Shown here: positions 53,783 to 64,000 of the stretch, in pieces
Layout: each line of letters begins with the position of its first letter
Position numbering within the stretch: the stretch's first letter is position 1
Source of the DNA: a virus
Lineage: Duplodnaviria > Caudoviricetes
DNA: 64,000 bases
Strand: one strand, 5' to 3'
Virus record (IMG/VR): IMGVR_UViG_3300044537_000257
Location: 1-64,000 of that record
Translations under genes and position numbers: made by a program
The notes under the pieces: model-generated
What the model saw: the letters and a program-made list of their open reading frames with translations, nothing else
Databases searched by the model: none
What the model was told of the DNA's origin: nothing

Positions 53783-56194
53783 TTGGACGCAAAACAACAA
53801 GCAACAATTGCACCGGCGCATGATCAAGAGTTAAATCTAGCCACCGCAACTTCGCGGCATGTTAAAAAATGGAAAAACAAGCCAATGACTTGGAGCGCAT
53901 TCTTACAAAAGCTACAAACACCGGTTGTGACACCGGAATCGTTAGAAGAGTTCTTAAAACTATCCAAGGCAAAGCAAGATGATATTAAAGACGTTGGCGG
54001 CTATGTTGGTGGCTTTTTAAAAGAGGGTCGCCGTAAAGCAAATTATGTACAGTCTCGATCGATTTTAACCCTAGATGTGGACTTTGCTACGCCAACCTTA
54101 ATCGACGATATTAAGCTGCTGTTTGATAACGAGATGGCGATTTACTCAACACACAAGCATAAGACAGATAAGCCGCGACTGCGGTTAATTATCCCACTTA
54201 AACGGCCTGTGACGCCAGACGAGTATCAGCCTATTGCGCGTAAAGTCGCTGAGCTATTCGGGATGGACTTGTTTGATGACACTACCTATCAGCCGGAACG
54301 GTTGATGTACTGGCCCAGCCATAGTAGTAACGGAGATTATGTTTTTGAGTATCTACCCGGCGACTGGCTGGATCCGGACGAAGTGTTAGCTCAATACGAT
54401 AACTGGCGAGACTCGACTTTTTGGCCTGAGTCATCGCGGCAACGAGAAATATTTGTCAGCGATGCTAAAAAGCAGGGTGATCCGTTAACTAAAAAAGGTG
54501 TGATCGGTGCCTTTAATCGGACTTACGATATTCGCAGCGCGATCGAAAAGTTTCTTCCAGATATCTATACGCCGACAGATCACGAAGATCGTTTTACTTA
54601 CGCGGCAGGGAGTACCGAGGGCGGCTTAGTCCTGTACGATGATAAGTTTGCCTATAGCCACCATGGGACTGACCCAGTTGGCGATACGCTTAATAACGCG
54701 TTTGATCTTGTCCGTAAACAGCTCTTTGGCGATCGTGATGACAAGGCAAAAGACGGTACCACACCGACAAAACTGCCAAGTTATAGAGCGATGATGGAGT
54801 TTTTAAACGATGATGAGGCAACTGTAGCCCAGCTTAAAAGCGAGTTAACCGGTGGCGCTCAAGCGGATTTTGATAGCACTGATAACGCCGAAAATGACGA
54901 ACCCGAGGAATGGCTGTCCTTTAGTCTAAATGGTCAACCGATAATCAACACCTATTTACTAGCGCAGCATGTGCTGGAAAAAGTGCCACTGTTTTATAAT
55001 GGCCACGAATTTTTATGGTATGACGCTAAGACCGGTATTTGGCGCGACGGAACTGAGGAATTTTTAAAGGGCTACATCACGAATGAGTACCTACAAAAAT
55101 TAACTAAGATCAGCCCTGTACGCGAAACTATTGCTGCGGCACAGGGCATCATCCACGAGGCAAAAGATTTTCCCAGCGGTAACCTAAACAAGTTAGTCCT
55201 AAAAAATGGTGTCTACGATATCATGACTGATGAATTTACCGCTGGCTTTGACCCAGATATCTACGCCCGAACCGGTCACCCAGTGAAATATGATGCAGCC
55301 GCAACGGCACCGACTTTTGATGGTTTTGTGAAGTTTGTGGTCGGCGAAGAAAATGCCCCATTTATTTACGAATGGTTCGGCTATAGTTTATATCGCCGCT
55401 ACTCAATCCAGAAAATGCTATTTCTTTACGGCAAGGGTGGCACGGGCAAATCTACCTTACTAAATCTGGCTAAGGACATGATTGGTACCGAAAGTTACTC
55501 CGCAGTGTCACTGGAGGCTTTGATGACTAAAAACTTTGCCGCGGCTAACTTGTACCAGAAAACAGCTAACTTTGACACAGATGCAAAGCCCGAATTTCTT
55601 GGCGACGCAGCTATATTAAAGTCGTTGACTGGCGAGGACACACTTTACGCAGATGTTAAGTTTGCGGATCCATTAATGTTTTACAACTTCGCAAAATTGA
55701 CATTCGCCATGAACGATTTGCCACCGATGCGGGACTTTAGCGGCGGTCTGGAGCGGCGGGCCATTATATTGCGAACACCGAACAAAGTGACAAACAAAAT
55801 CAAAAAACAATATCCATTGTCAAAAATGCGACAAGAAATTCCAGGTATTTTTAACGCAGCGATGGACGGACTGCGGCGAGCACTGAAACAGGGTCACTTT
55901 ACCGAGACCAAAGCGATGCAAGCAGAACTGGATAGCTGGTTACGCGGTAATGACCAGGTGGGTCGCTTTATTGATGACATTTGTGAGACCGATGCCAAGG
56001 CAAAAACTCCGGTTGAAGATCTTTATAATGCCTACAGCGATTACAGCAGCACGTCGGGTGAAAAACCTTTAGGCAAGTACAAGTTTTATCGCCGAATTGA
56101 GGAGCTCGGATTCGCAAAAGAACAGGGCTCGTCACGTAACGATCGTGGTTGGTACTGGGTCGGAATCAGAGTGGCAATTGGCGACTTTAAATAG
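53783..56194 (+). CDS. Primase-polymerase / SF3 helicase (P4-family primase)
   Basis: LTLDVD, YSTHKH, RLRL prim-pol motifs; GKGGTGKST Walker A; TTG start after AGGAGG. Confidence 0.9.
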   Translation: MDAKQQATIAPAHDQELNLATATSRHVKKWKNKPMTWSAFLQKLQTPVVTPESLEEFLKLSKAKQDDIKDVGGYVGGFLKEGRRKANYVQSRSILTLDVDFATPTLIDDIKLLFDNEMAIYSTHKHKTDKPRLRLIIPLKRPVTPDEYQPIARKVAELFGMDLFDDTTYQPERLMYWPSHSSNGDYVFEYLPGDWLDPDEVLAQYDNWRDSTFWPESSRQREIFVSDAKKQGDPLTKKGVIGAFNRTYDIRSAIEKFLPDIYTPTDHEDRFTYAAGSTEGGLVLYDDKFAYSHHGTDPVGDTLNNAFDLVRKQLFGDRDDKAKDGTTPTKLPSYRAMMEFLNDDEATVAQLKSELTGGAQADFDSTDNAENDEPEEWLSFSLNGQPIINTYLLAQHVLEKVPLFYNGHEFLWYDAKTGIWRDGTEEFLKGYITNEYLQKLTKISPVRETIAAAQGIIHEAKDFPSGNLNKLVLKNGVYDIMTDEFTAGFDPDIYARTGHPVKYDAAATAPTFDGFVKFVVGEENAPFIYEWFGYSLYRRYSIQKMLFLYGKGGTGKSTLLNLAKDMIGTESYSAVSLEALMTKNFAAANLYQKTANFDTDAKPEFLGDAAILKSLTGEDTLYADVKFADPLMFYNFAKLTFAMNDLPPMRDFSGGLERRAIILRTPNKVTNKIKKQYPLSKMRQEIPGIFNAAMDGLRRALKQGHFTETKAMQAELDSWLRGNDQVGRFIDDICETDAKAKTPVEDLYNAYSDYSSTSGEKPLGKYKFYRRIEELGFAKEQGSSRNDRGWYWVGIRVAIGDFK

Positions 56195-56200
56195 CGATTA

Positions 56201-56478
56201 TGTGCACAACATTTTTTGTTCAATTGTTGTGCACCTTACTAAAAGTAAGTATAAAAAGTAAGAGCTAACTAAAAGTAAGCGAAATGTGCACAGGATTGTT
56301 GTGCACCAGTAAAAAAGTTGTGCACATCAGAACGTTATCATATCAAGGCTAACTGACTGATGTGCACAACAACTTAACTTTTTCTACTATTATATATAAA
56401 AATCAAATAAAGGGTATATAGAGAGATAAATAGTATATATACAGAGTAATAGTAATTAGTTGAAAAATGTTGTGCACA
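56201..56478. repeat. Putative origin B: seven GTGCAC iterons, three AAAAGTAAG repeats, AT-rich tract
   Basis: GTGCAC at 56202, 56229, 56286, 56301, 56320, 56362, 56472; AAAAGTAAG at 56241, 56254, 56271. Confidence 0.7.
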
Positions 56479-56488
56479 TAAAAGTGAG

Positions 56489-56791
56489 GTGATTTTTTTG
56501 GAGCTAGAAAAGGACGTGGAAAGCTACCTAAAACGAAAGGTTAAAGCTCAGGGTGGTTTGTCTTATAAATTTGTGTCACCCGGTCAACGCGGTGTGCCTG
56601 ATCAACTGATCCTGTACCAGGGACAAGTCATGTTTGCTGAGATCAAAAAATCCGATGGTGCACTACGGCCAACGCAAAAGGTCCAAATACGTAAAATGCA
56701 ACAGCACGGCGCCAGCATTTTCGTACTGTGGTCCAAGCATGATGTGGATGAGATGATCAAAAAAATGCGACGACTTTATAAAGGACGGTGA
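56489..56791 (+). CDS. VRR-NUC domain nuclease
   Basis: KFVSPGQRGVPDQL...FAEIK. Confidence 0.9.
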   Translation: MIFLELEKDVESYLKRKVKAQGGLSYKFVSPGQRGVPDQLILYQGQVMFAEIKKSDGALRPTQKVQIRKMQQHGASIFVLWSKHDVDEMIKKMRRLYKGR

Positions 56792-56798
56792 TTAAAAA

Positions 56799-58181
56799 AT
56801 GCAAGCAACACTACACCCATATCAACGGTATTCAGCAACTTGGATCGAGGAACATCCATACTGCGCCTTACTGTTAGATATGGGACTTTAACTAGGCAAA
56901 ACCTTATCCACGTTGACGGCACTGCACGAATTGATGAAAGATTTTGAGTTGATCGATAAAACACTAGTGATCGCACCACTTAAAGTTGCTATCGAGACTT
57001 GGCCGGCCGAGCTTAAAAAGTGGGACGCCTTCCATGATTTCTCCTGTTCCGTGATCACGGGTAAACCCGCCAAACGATTAGCTGCTTTAGACCAACCCGC
57101 CGACCTTTATATCATTAACCGAGAAAATGTAGTGTGGTTGGCCGAACTTTATAAAAAGCAGTGGCCATTTAAAACAGTGGTGATCGATGAGCTATCCAGC
57201 TTTAAATCTAGCAAGTCCAAGCGGTTTAAAGCTTTACGTAAGGTTCGACCATTAATGGATCGCGTGATTGGGCTAACAGGGACACCAGCGCCTAACACCT
57301 TAATGGATCTTTGGCCACAAATCTATTTATTGGATGGTGGCCAACGTTTAGGCAAGACGATCACGGCATATCGCAATCGATATTTTTATCCGGCATCCTC
57401 ATCGGGTCATGTTGTTTACAGTTGGGCGCTTAAGCCCGGCGCCGAGGATGAGATCTATAATGCCATCGCTGATATTTGTGTCAGCATGAAGGCCAAGGAC
57501 TATTTAAAATTGCCGCAGCGGATTAATCAGACGATAATGGTGACCTTAAAACCTAAAGAGCGACAACAATACGACGAGCTGGAAAAGTCCTTAGTATTGG
57601 AGTTAAACGGGACTGAGGTCATGGCCGCCAATGCGGCAGTTTTAACCAATAAATTACTGCAAATGGCTAACGGTGCAATTTATGATGATGACCATAAAGT
57701 CCAATTGATCCACAACGCCAAGTTAGATGCTTTGGAGCAAATTATCGAGGAGGCAAATGGTCAGTCGGTGTTAGTGTTTTACAATTATCAGCATGATCTA
57801 GATCGGATCAAGCAGCGACTGCCACTAGCCCATAAATTGGAAACCGGCGATGTCGAAAAGTGGAACCACGGTGAGATCCCAATCTTATTAGCCCACCCGC
57901 AGTCATCGGGACACGGGCTTAACTTACAGCAGGGTGGCCACATTATTGTCTGGTTTAGCTTGACATGGTCTTTAGAGTATTATCAACAGGCTAATGCCAG
58001 GTTAGACCGACAAGGCCAAACCAAGCCCGTGACTGTTTACCATCTAGTCACCAAGGGCACCCTAGACGAAAGAGTAATGACCGTTTTACAAAGCAAAGCC
58101 GCTGGCCAAGATGAGCTTTTAAACGCTGTCAAAGCCAGGATTAAATCAATTAGGGGTGAAATAGGTGGAAAAATTAAGTAA
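56799..58181 (+). pseudogene. SNF2-family helicase with an in-frame TAA inside Walker A
   Basis: MQATLHPYQ...LLDMGL*LGKT; VIDELS; GHGLNLQ; TAA at 56889-56891. Confidence 0.8.
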
Positions 58182-58689
58182 AGAGCAGTTAAGTATCATC
58201 ACTTCAGAGGTTATTAAAAATTTGGACCACGAGAAACGTAAACGGGTGACTGCTGAAAAAGATTCACGTTTACGTAACACACGGATTTTAGTGCGATCAT
58301 ACCCCAAGCTTAAAGCGCATACGGCAACACAGCCGGAGGTGTTTCTTGATGACGATATCTATGAGATGATCACCGGTGTCAAAATCAGCGATCACGAACT
58401 CGCAAAATATCACATTAAAACCAAGCATTTGCTGGAGTATGTCGATACAATTTTAGCTGCCTATAAACAGGTTTGTCTTGGTGGTGACGAGAGTGATAAG
58501 CGTCGGTGGCAGATTATGTATGACACGTATTTAAGCGATCATCGTTTACGTATGGCGGATCAAGCAAATAGGTGGAATGTAGACAAAAGCACGATTAGCC
58601 GGGAGTGCGCAAAAGCAATCCAAGAGTTATCGGTAACCATGTTTGGGATAGCGGGGTTAGCTGATTTTTTATCTGACTGGATCGCCTAG
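58165..58689 (+). CDS. Late transcription activator (ArpU/RinA-like position)
   Basis: RLRNTRILVRSY; C-terminal HTH VDKSTISRE; precedes the late promoter. Confidence 0.7.
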   Translation: MEKLSKEQLSIITSEVIKNLDHEKRKRVTAEKDSRLRNTRILVRSYPKLKAHTATQPEVFLDDDIYEMITGVKISDHELAKYHIKTKHLLEYVDTILAAYKQVCLGGDESDKRRWQIMYDTYLSDHRLRMADQANRWNVDKSTISRECAKAIQELSVTMFGIAGLADFLSDWIA

Positions 58690-58765
58690 CCCATGCAACA
58701 AATCCGCACCCAAATGCGTATGAATAAATGATATTATGATATTGTCAAAATAAACTGATGACAGG

Positions 58766-58840
58766 GCTAGCTTAACTAAGGATGTCGTTAACCAAAATCT
58801 AAAAAAATTCAGTTCAATCGCAAGCTTTAGTCAAGCAAGT
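58766..58840 (+). ncRNA. Conserved structured RNA at the start of the late operon (copy 2)
   Basis: 48-nt core identical to copy 1, closed by a stem of different sequence. Confidence 0.6.
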
Positions 58841-58890
58841 CGAGTCCCTCCAAACCAATTTTTGACACAGTTTAATTATAGTTGCCGCTT

Positions 58891-58919
58891 AGGAGCGTCC
58901 AGTAATGGGCGTTCTTTTT
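58891..58919 (+). terminator. Intrinsic terminator after the late leader RNA
   Basis: AGGAGCGTCCA-gtaa-TGGGCGTTCT-TTTT. Confidence 0.7.
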
Positions 58920-58943
58920 ATACATATTTAGCCAGAAAGCGAG

Positions 58944-59378
58944 GTGGTAAGAGTGGGACTAACGGTTAAACAGCAAAAATTTATCGACGCTTTTATTGAG
59001 CAGGGTAATGCCACCCAAGCCGCTATCAGCGCTGGCTACAGTAAAAAAACAGCAGCACAACAGGGCGCAGAAAACCTTAAAAAACCTTATGTTAAGGCTG
59101 CAATCGATGATAGGATGGCTAAAATTGAGTCGGACAAGGTTGCCGGCCAAAAAGAAGTTATGGAATATCTGACTAGGGTATTGCGCGGCAAAGAAACCGA
59201 GACAGTGGTCACGCCTAAGGGCTTAGTTATTGATGATGTACCGCCAAAAATATCGGACCGGAACAAAGCAGCGGAATTGATCGGTAAGCGACACCAGATG
59301 TGGACTGATAATGTTAATGTCAATTCCGGTGATATCAAGATTACAATTGGCGGAGATGATAAAAATGGCATTGATTGA
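58944..59378 (+). CDS. terS: Terminase small subunit B
   Basis: LTVKQQKFIDAFIEQGNATQAAISAGYSKKTA. Confidence 0.9.
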   Translation: MVRVGLTVKQQKFIDAFIEQGNATQAAISAGYSKKTAAQQGAENLKKPYVKAAIDDRMAKIESDKVAGQKEVMEYLTRVLRGKETETVVTPKGLVIDDVPPKISDRNKAAELIGKRHQMWTDNVNVNSGDIKITIGGDDKNGID

Positions 59379-60624
59379 GATTAATATCCCTAAGCCAGAT
59401 AAAGTCTTTAATCCGCAATTTTATCAACGTTTGTTTGATTATGACAATTTTACTGAGGTTTATTATGGTGGTGCCAGTTCCGGCAAAAGTCACGGTGTGG
59501 TTCAAAAAGTCATTATAAAGGCATGCCAGCCATGGAAGTTTCCCCGCAAGGTATTATGGTTACGTAAAGTCGGGACTTCAGTCCGTGATTCCATTTTTGA
59601 GGATGTTAAGCAGGGGCTGGAAACATTAGGTTTGTTAAAGTATTGCAATATAAATAATTCAAATTTTGAGATACGGTTACCTAATGGTGCCATATTTCTG
59701 TTTAAAGGGATGGATGATCCCGAAAAAATCAAGTCAATCAAAGGCTTATCTGATGTAGTAATGGAGGAGGCTACCGAGTTTACTCTAGAGGATTACACTC
59801 AGTTAACTTTGCGTGTCCGTGAACGCAAGCATCCCCATAAGCAGCTATTCTTAATGTTCAATCCAGTTAGTAAACTTAACTGGGTTTACAAACATTTCTT
59901 TGAGGTGCAGCAAGACGATACAAAGGTTATCCAGTCAACTTATCACGATAATCATTTCCTCGATGACCGGACACGGCGAAACATTGCAGCACTGGAAAAA
60001 ACAAATCCTGCTTATTATCGGATCTACGCATTAGGCGAGTTTGCAACTTTGGACAAATTAGTATTTCCAAATTTTGAAGTACAACGGCTTAATCGGGATG
60101 CTAATGATCTGGTGCGATTACCGTCAATGTTTGGACTTGATTTCGGCTACACTAATGATCCGTCCGCCTTTATTCACGTAAAAGTTGATCAACAAAATAA
60201 AGTTATTTATTTTGTTGAAGAGTATGTCCGCAAGCATTTGCTTAATGATCAGATCGCCCAAGCTATCCGACAAATGGGTTATGCCAAGGAAGTAATTACA
60301 GCTGATGCAGCCGAAAAAAAGTCAATTGCTGAAATTAGACGCGACGGTGTGCCTAGAATCCGTGAAGCTAAGAAAGGCCCTGATTCTATCGTTCAGGGCA
60401 TCGGCTTTTTACAGCAATATAAATTTATTGTTGATGATCGATGTGTAAAGTTAATCGAAGAGCTGGAGAATTATACGTTTATCAGAGATAAAAAGACCGG
60501 CGAATATACTAACAAGCCGATTGACTCTTATAATCATGTGATTGATGCAGTGCGCTACGCTGTGGAAGAGATCAATGGTAAGGCAACGCCGAAAGCGCGG
60601 CTAATTAGAAATATGTATTATTAG
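59365..60624 (+). CDS. terL: PBSX-family terminase large subunit B
   Basis: YGGASSGKS, VMEEATE, LDFGYTNDP, NHVIDAVRY. Confidence 0.95.
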   Translation: MALIEINIPKPDKVFNPQFYQRLFDYDNFTEVYYGGASSGKSHGVVQKVIIKACQPWKFPRKVLWLRKVGTSVRDSIFEDVKQGLETLGLLKYCNINNSNFEIRLPNGAIFLFKGMDDPEKIKSIKGLSDVVMEEATEFTLEDYTQLTLRVRERKHPHKQLFLMFNPVSKLNWVYKHFFEVQQDDTKVIQSTYHDNHFLDDRTRRNIAALEKTNPAYYRIYALGEFATLDKLVFPNFEVQRLNRDANDLVRLPSMFGLDFGYTNDPSAFIHVKVDQQNKVIYFVEEYVRKHLLNDQIAQAIRQMGYAKEVITADAAEKKSIAEIRRDGVPRIREAKKGPDSIVQGIGFLQQYKFIVDDRCVKLIEELENYTFIRDKKTGEYTNKPIDSYNHVIDAVRYAVEEINGKATPKARLIRNMYY

Positions 60625-60635
60625 GAGGTGTTATT

Positions 60636-62009
60636 ATCCAAATTACAGGCACAGTACAAGGGGCTGGCTCAGTTGACGAACGGGGACTATTCCTTTATCC
60701 GGCGGAAGTCGATTTAACCGAACAGGATTTAAAGAACTTTATTGATTTTCATAACGGCAGTATGACCAAAGAGTACAAGACAAATTATAAATTCTACTCC
60801 GGTGATCATGATGTGCTACACGCAAAGCCACGTGGTGGCAATCGCCCGGACAACCATATTGTTTATAATCTATGTAACTACGCCGTTGATTCATTCAACG
60901 GTTATTTTATTGGTATCCCGCCTAAAATTGGATTCGACGATCAAAAGGCTAATACTGAGCTGCAAAGTTGGCAGGACCTGAATTCGTTTCAGGATCAGCT
61001 ATCTGAGCTGAGTAAGCAGGCAGATATTTACGGACGTTCTTATTTACTCGCTTATCAAGATGAGGATAGCCAGACACGGGTGGCAGTTGTTAACCCACAA
61101 CAGGCGTTTATGATTTATGATGACTCAATCCAGCACAAACGGATCGCGTTCGTACGTTATTGGTTTAATAATGATCAGCAGATGCAGGGGGATATCTACT
61201 TTAAGGACCAGTCATATCATTTTGGCAATGATGGTCATTTTGGCGATGAGACACCTAATCTATTTCATATGGTGCCAGCGATTGAATTTGTCGAAAATGA
61301 GGACCGTCTCGGTATCGTAGGTCAAATTGAATCGCTGAATGATGCACTTGATCGGGCCATGAGTCAAAAGGCAAATCAAAACGAGTACTTCGACAACGCC
61401 TATATGCTTATCCGCGGCATGCAATTACCGGAAGACGAAGAAACTGGCTTACCGAAGCTTAATCTGGATGGTAATCAGATTATTTATGCGCCAGATGCTA
61501 CAGACGGGGATGCGAGTTTCCTGACTAAGCCCGACGGCGATCAGATGCAGGAAAATCACATTAATCGGTTGATTGATTCCATTTTTCAGGTGGCTAAGGT
61601 TGCCAACATGAAAGATGAGTCCTTTGCCGGTGATAGTTCTGGTGTAGCCATTAAGTACAAACTGTTGCCGATGCAGAACGCGGCTGTTAATAAAGAGCGC
61701 AAGTTTACGCAAGCGTTACGGCAGTTTTATGAAATCGTCTTTGCTATCGCGTCTCCACAGCTCAACATTAAAGACTTATCCTTTAAGTTCACCCGCAACT
61801 TACCAGTGAATCTAGCCGACGAAGCCGATACGGCGCAAAAGCTGGACGGCGTTGTCAGTCAAGAAACTCAGCTTAAGACACTGTCAATTGTTGACGATCC
61901 GCAGGCCGAAATTAAAAAGATGGCTGCGGAAGATGAAGTGAAAATGAAGTCAGCAATGCTGTCAAGCCAGACCGGTTACCCAAAAGTGGGTGATAATGAT
62001 GGCGAGTAA
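60636..62009 (+). CDS. SPP1-family portal protein, probable ATC/ATT start
   Basis: Near-identical to 19198-20628 except at the C-terminus. Confidence 0.9.
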   Translation: MQITGTVQGAGSVDERGLFLYPAEVDLTEQDLKNFIDFHNGSMTKEYKTNYKFYSGDHDVLHAKPRGGNRPDNHIVYNLCNYAVDSFNGYFIGIPPKIGFDDQKANTELQSWQDLNSFQDQLSELSKQADIYGRSYLLAYQDEDSQTRVAVVNPQQAFMIYDDSIQHKRIAFVRYWFNNDQQMQGDIYFKDQSYHFGNDGHFGDETPNLFHMVPAIEFVENEDRLGIVGQIESLNDALDRAMSQKANQNEYFDNAYMLIRGMQLPEDEETGLPKLNLDGNQIIYAPDATDGDASFLTKPDGDQMQENHINRLIDSIFQVAKVANMKDESFAGDSSGVAIKYKLLPMQNAAVNKERKFTQALRQFYEIVFAIASPQLNIKDLSFKFTRNLPVNLADEADTAQKLDGVVSQETQLKTLSIVDDPQAEIKKMAAEDEVKMKSAMLSSQTGYPKVGDNDGE

Positions 62010-62883
62010 TAGTTATTGGATCGATCGCGAAAAAAAGAATATCCAGCAAAACCTAAAGGCAGACGCCAGCTTTGCTAAGGAATTACGAAATGAGTATTCC
62101 GCTGCGCGGAAGGATATTCAAGCAATGATTGCCGAGAATTATGAGCGTTTAGCAGCTAAAGAACATATTTCGTTGGCTGAGGCAAAGAAACGGGTCTCAA
62201 AACTAGATGTACAGGATTTTAGTGACACTGCCGCGAAGATGGTCAAAGAGAAAGACTTTTCACCGGAAGCTAATGAACGATTACGGCTTTATAATGCGAC
62301 GATGCGCATTAATCAGCTTGAGAATCTAAAAAGTCAGATTGGGTTAAAACTGATTGGTACCCATTCAAAACTGATTGAGAAAATTGCCACATGGCTAACT
62401 AAAAAGTATCGTGGTGAGATCGAGCGTCAAGCCGGTATCTTAGGTGAGGATCGTTTAAAGATTTCCGATGATGAAATAAAACAGATCATCAAAGCTTCGT
62501 TTCATAACGCCACATGGTCACAACGTATCTGGGCAAGTCAAGATGAGCTTAAAGCACGACTGGATGTTTTGCTACGGCGATCGCTGATTAATGGTACTGG
62601 GCCACGTGCACTAGCTGGTCAATTACGGCAGACGTTTGATGTTAGTGCCGCCCAGGCAGAGCGATTAATGCGGACGGAGACGGCTAGAGTCCAGGATTCG
62701 GCCAGTATGGATATGTTTGAAAAATATAACATTAAGCAGGTCAAATGGGTTGCAGAACCTAGTGCTTGTCGAATTTGTCTTGATATAGCTAGTCATAATG
62801 ATGGGATTTATGACTTAGACGATGTACCAATCATCCCAGCACACGCAAATTGCCGCTGTGCTAAAGCAGCATATGTTGATTAA
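61996..62883 (+). CDS. Minor capsid protein MuF (short form, no toxin domain)
   Basis: RLMRTETARVQ...PAHANCRCAKAAYVD*. Confidence 0.9.
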   Translation: MMASNSYWIDREKKNIQQNLKADASFAKELRNEYSAARKDIQAMIAENYERLAAKEHISLAEAKKRVSKLDVQDFSDTAAKMVKEKDFSPEANERLRLYNATMRINQLENLKSQIGLKLIGTHSKLIEKIATWLTKKYRGEIERQAGILGEDRLKISDDEIKQIIKASFHNATWSQRIWASQDELKARLDVLLRRSLINGTGPRALAGQLRQTFDVSAAQAERLMRTETARVQDSASMDMFEKYNIKQVKWVAEPSACRICLDIASHNDGIYDLDDVPIIPAHANCRCAKAAYVD

Positions 62884-63000
62884 AAATAGCTAGCACCTGT
62901 CAAAAAACGATGAGTGCTATTTTTACGCCCTTTTTCCCGTGCTGCAGGGCTAAAAGAACGACCGGAGATTGTCTCCCTAGACGTTAAACTGGAGGGCCTT

Positions 63001-63612
63001 ATGGCAGAACTGAACGAAACAAACAACCAAAAGCCAATTGAAAATGAAGAAAATAACAATGAAACCGTAGATACAACTGCTGCAGAAGTTGAAAATCATC
63101 AAGAAACTGATGATAAAGCGGATAAAATTGTTGAAAAACTTCAAAAACGGATTGGCGAAGAACAAGCTAAGAAGAATGAGTATAAGGATCAGCTTAATGA
63201 TGCGCTAACTCGTATCGCAAAGCTTGAAAAGGGTGAAGACCCTGATAAACCAGCACCAAAAGACGAAAAGGATGAACGAATTGCGGCCCTTGAAGCACAG
63301 ATCAAGCGTCGTGATATCACTGAACAAGCCCGCGATGTGCTAGTTAGCAGTGGGATGAACGTGCCATCTGATGTGTTGGACCGGCTTGTGTCGGATGACA
63401 ACAAAGCAACGCTGGCCAACGTTAAATCTTTTGTGACTTATATCCAATTGGTGCGTGAAGATGCACGCAAAGAACTCTTAGCTGGGACCACGCCTAAGGA
63501 TGCACCAACCGGCGGCACCACTAAGAAGTTAAAGGATATGTCTTTAGCTGAGCGTAGTCAGTTAGCATCCGAGGATATGGCGCTTTATCAACAATTGCGC
63601 CAACAAAAATAG
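63001..63612 (+). CDS. Capsid scaffolding protein
   Basis: Near-identical to 22650-23258 after the N-terminus; ATG 63001 after GGAGG. Confidence 0.85.
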   Translation: MAELNETNNQKPIENEENNNETVDTTAAEVENHQETDDKADKIVEKLQKRIGEEQAKKNEYKDQLNDALTRIAKLEKGEDPDKPAPKDEKDERIAALEAQIKRRDITEQARDVLVSSGMNVPSDVLDRLVSDDNKATLANVKSFVTYIQLVREDARKELLAGTTPKDAPTGGTTKKLKDMSLAERSQLASEDMALYQQLRQQK

Positions 63613-63628
63613 AAAGAAGGAATTTTAA

Positions 63629-64000
63629 ATGCCAGAATTTACTGGAGCAACCGACAAATCAAAATTAATCGAACCTGTTGTGTTTGCCGATTATATTATC
63701 GAAAAATCTACCGCCACTAATCGCTTATTAACTAGCGGTATTTTAACCAACGATCCATTGATCCAAGCTCAATTACTACAAGGCGGAACCTTTATCACTA
63801 TCCCCGCTATGATGCCATTAGGTGCTGATGTCCAAACGTGGAATGACAGCAAAGATATCGCAGTTAACGACTTGACAACTGAAAGCTCAAATGCAATTAA
63901 GATGTACCAAGCACAGGCTTTCGGCTACACCGACTTTGGTGCATTAACGACGGGATCACCCGTTGCTGAAGCCATTGCTGGGCAGTTCAGTACCTACTGG
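63629..64000 (+). CDS. Major capsid protein (partial, runs off the window)
   Basis: MPEFTGATDKSKLIEPVV..., same protein as 23275 with synonymous changes. Confidence 0.9.
   Translation, partial: MPEFTGATDKSKLIEPVVFADYIIEKSTATNRLLTSGILTNDPLIQAQLLQGGTFITIPAMMPLGADVQTWNDSKDIAVNDLTTESSNAIKMYQAQAFGYTDFGALTTGSPVAEAIAGQFSTYW

Larger units (their letters stand above)
40952..64000. mobile_element. Prophage segment B (truncated by the window edge)
   Basis: int, switch, PolA-type replication module, terminase, portal, MuF, scaffold, capsid start. Confidence 0.95.

Noticed and set aside
56201-56478. Origin repeats TGTGCAC as integrase-2 arm sites (TGTGCAAA)
   Set aside because: Only 6 nt shared, palindromic, lacking the 11-nt tandem spacing, and 15 kb from the core
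339-63419. Many antisense or nested ORFs in the track (e.g. 339-596, 2130-2636, 27675-29474, 34615-35351, 37095-37547, 48428-48871)
   Set aside because: They lie opposite well-supported genes, lack an RBS and mirror low-complexity codons; treated as shadow ORFs

Overview
The window is almost entirely prophage DNA of a low-GC Gram-positive host; the gene content is Lactobacillaceae-like (inference). About 110 bp of host flank and a tRNA-3'-end-type att core (111-126) are followed by a complete siphovirus-type gene set, segment A (140-40630). Segment A carries integrase 1, an ImmA/CI/Cro switch, an ERF-SSB-initiator replication module, a run of small accessory genes ending in a second tyrosine recombinase, a late activator, pac-type terminase, SPP1-like portal, MuF with a metallopeptidase extension, capsid, tail, holin and amidase. 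Directly after the lysin lies a tmRNA-3'-end-type core with integrase-2 arm repeats on BOTH sides (40822-41021), i.e. an attP-like junction. Segment B follows (40992 to beyond 64000) with a different integrase, switch and replication module (DUF2800-DUF2815-clamp-like-PolA-primase-VRR-NUC-SNF2) and different terminases, but near-identical portal, scaffold and capsid genes. Main leads: (1) an integron-like array of single-gene cassettes bounded by a WAAA-N6-TTTA motif directly upstream of an orphan tyrosine recombinase; (2) a nested or cointegrate prophage with an intact attP; (3) a 48-nt invariant, covarying hairpin RNA at the start of both late operons; (4) a non-AUG portal start; (5) a -1 frameshifted capsid with a HeH/LEM-like tail; (6) a 6-bp stop-containing insertion in the SNF2 Walker A; (7) a Tad2/DUF2829 sponge and a MuF toxin. 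All family names are from recognition of sequence motifs; no database searches were run.
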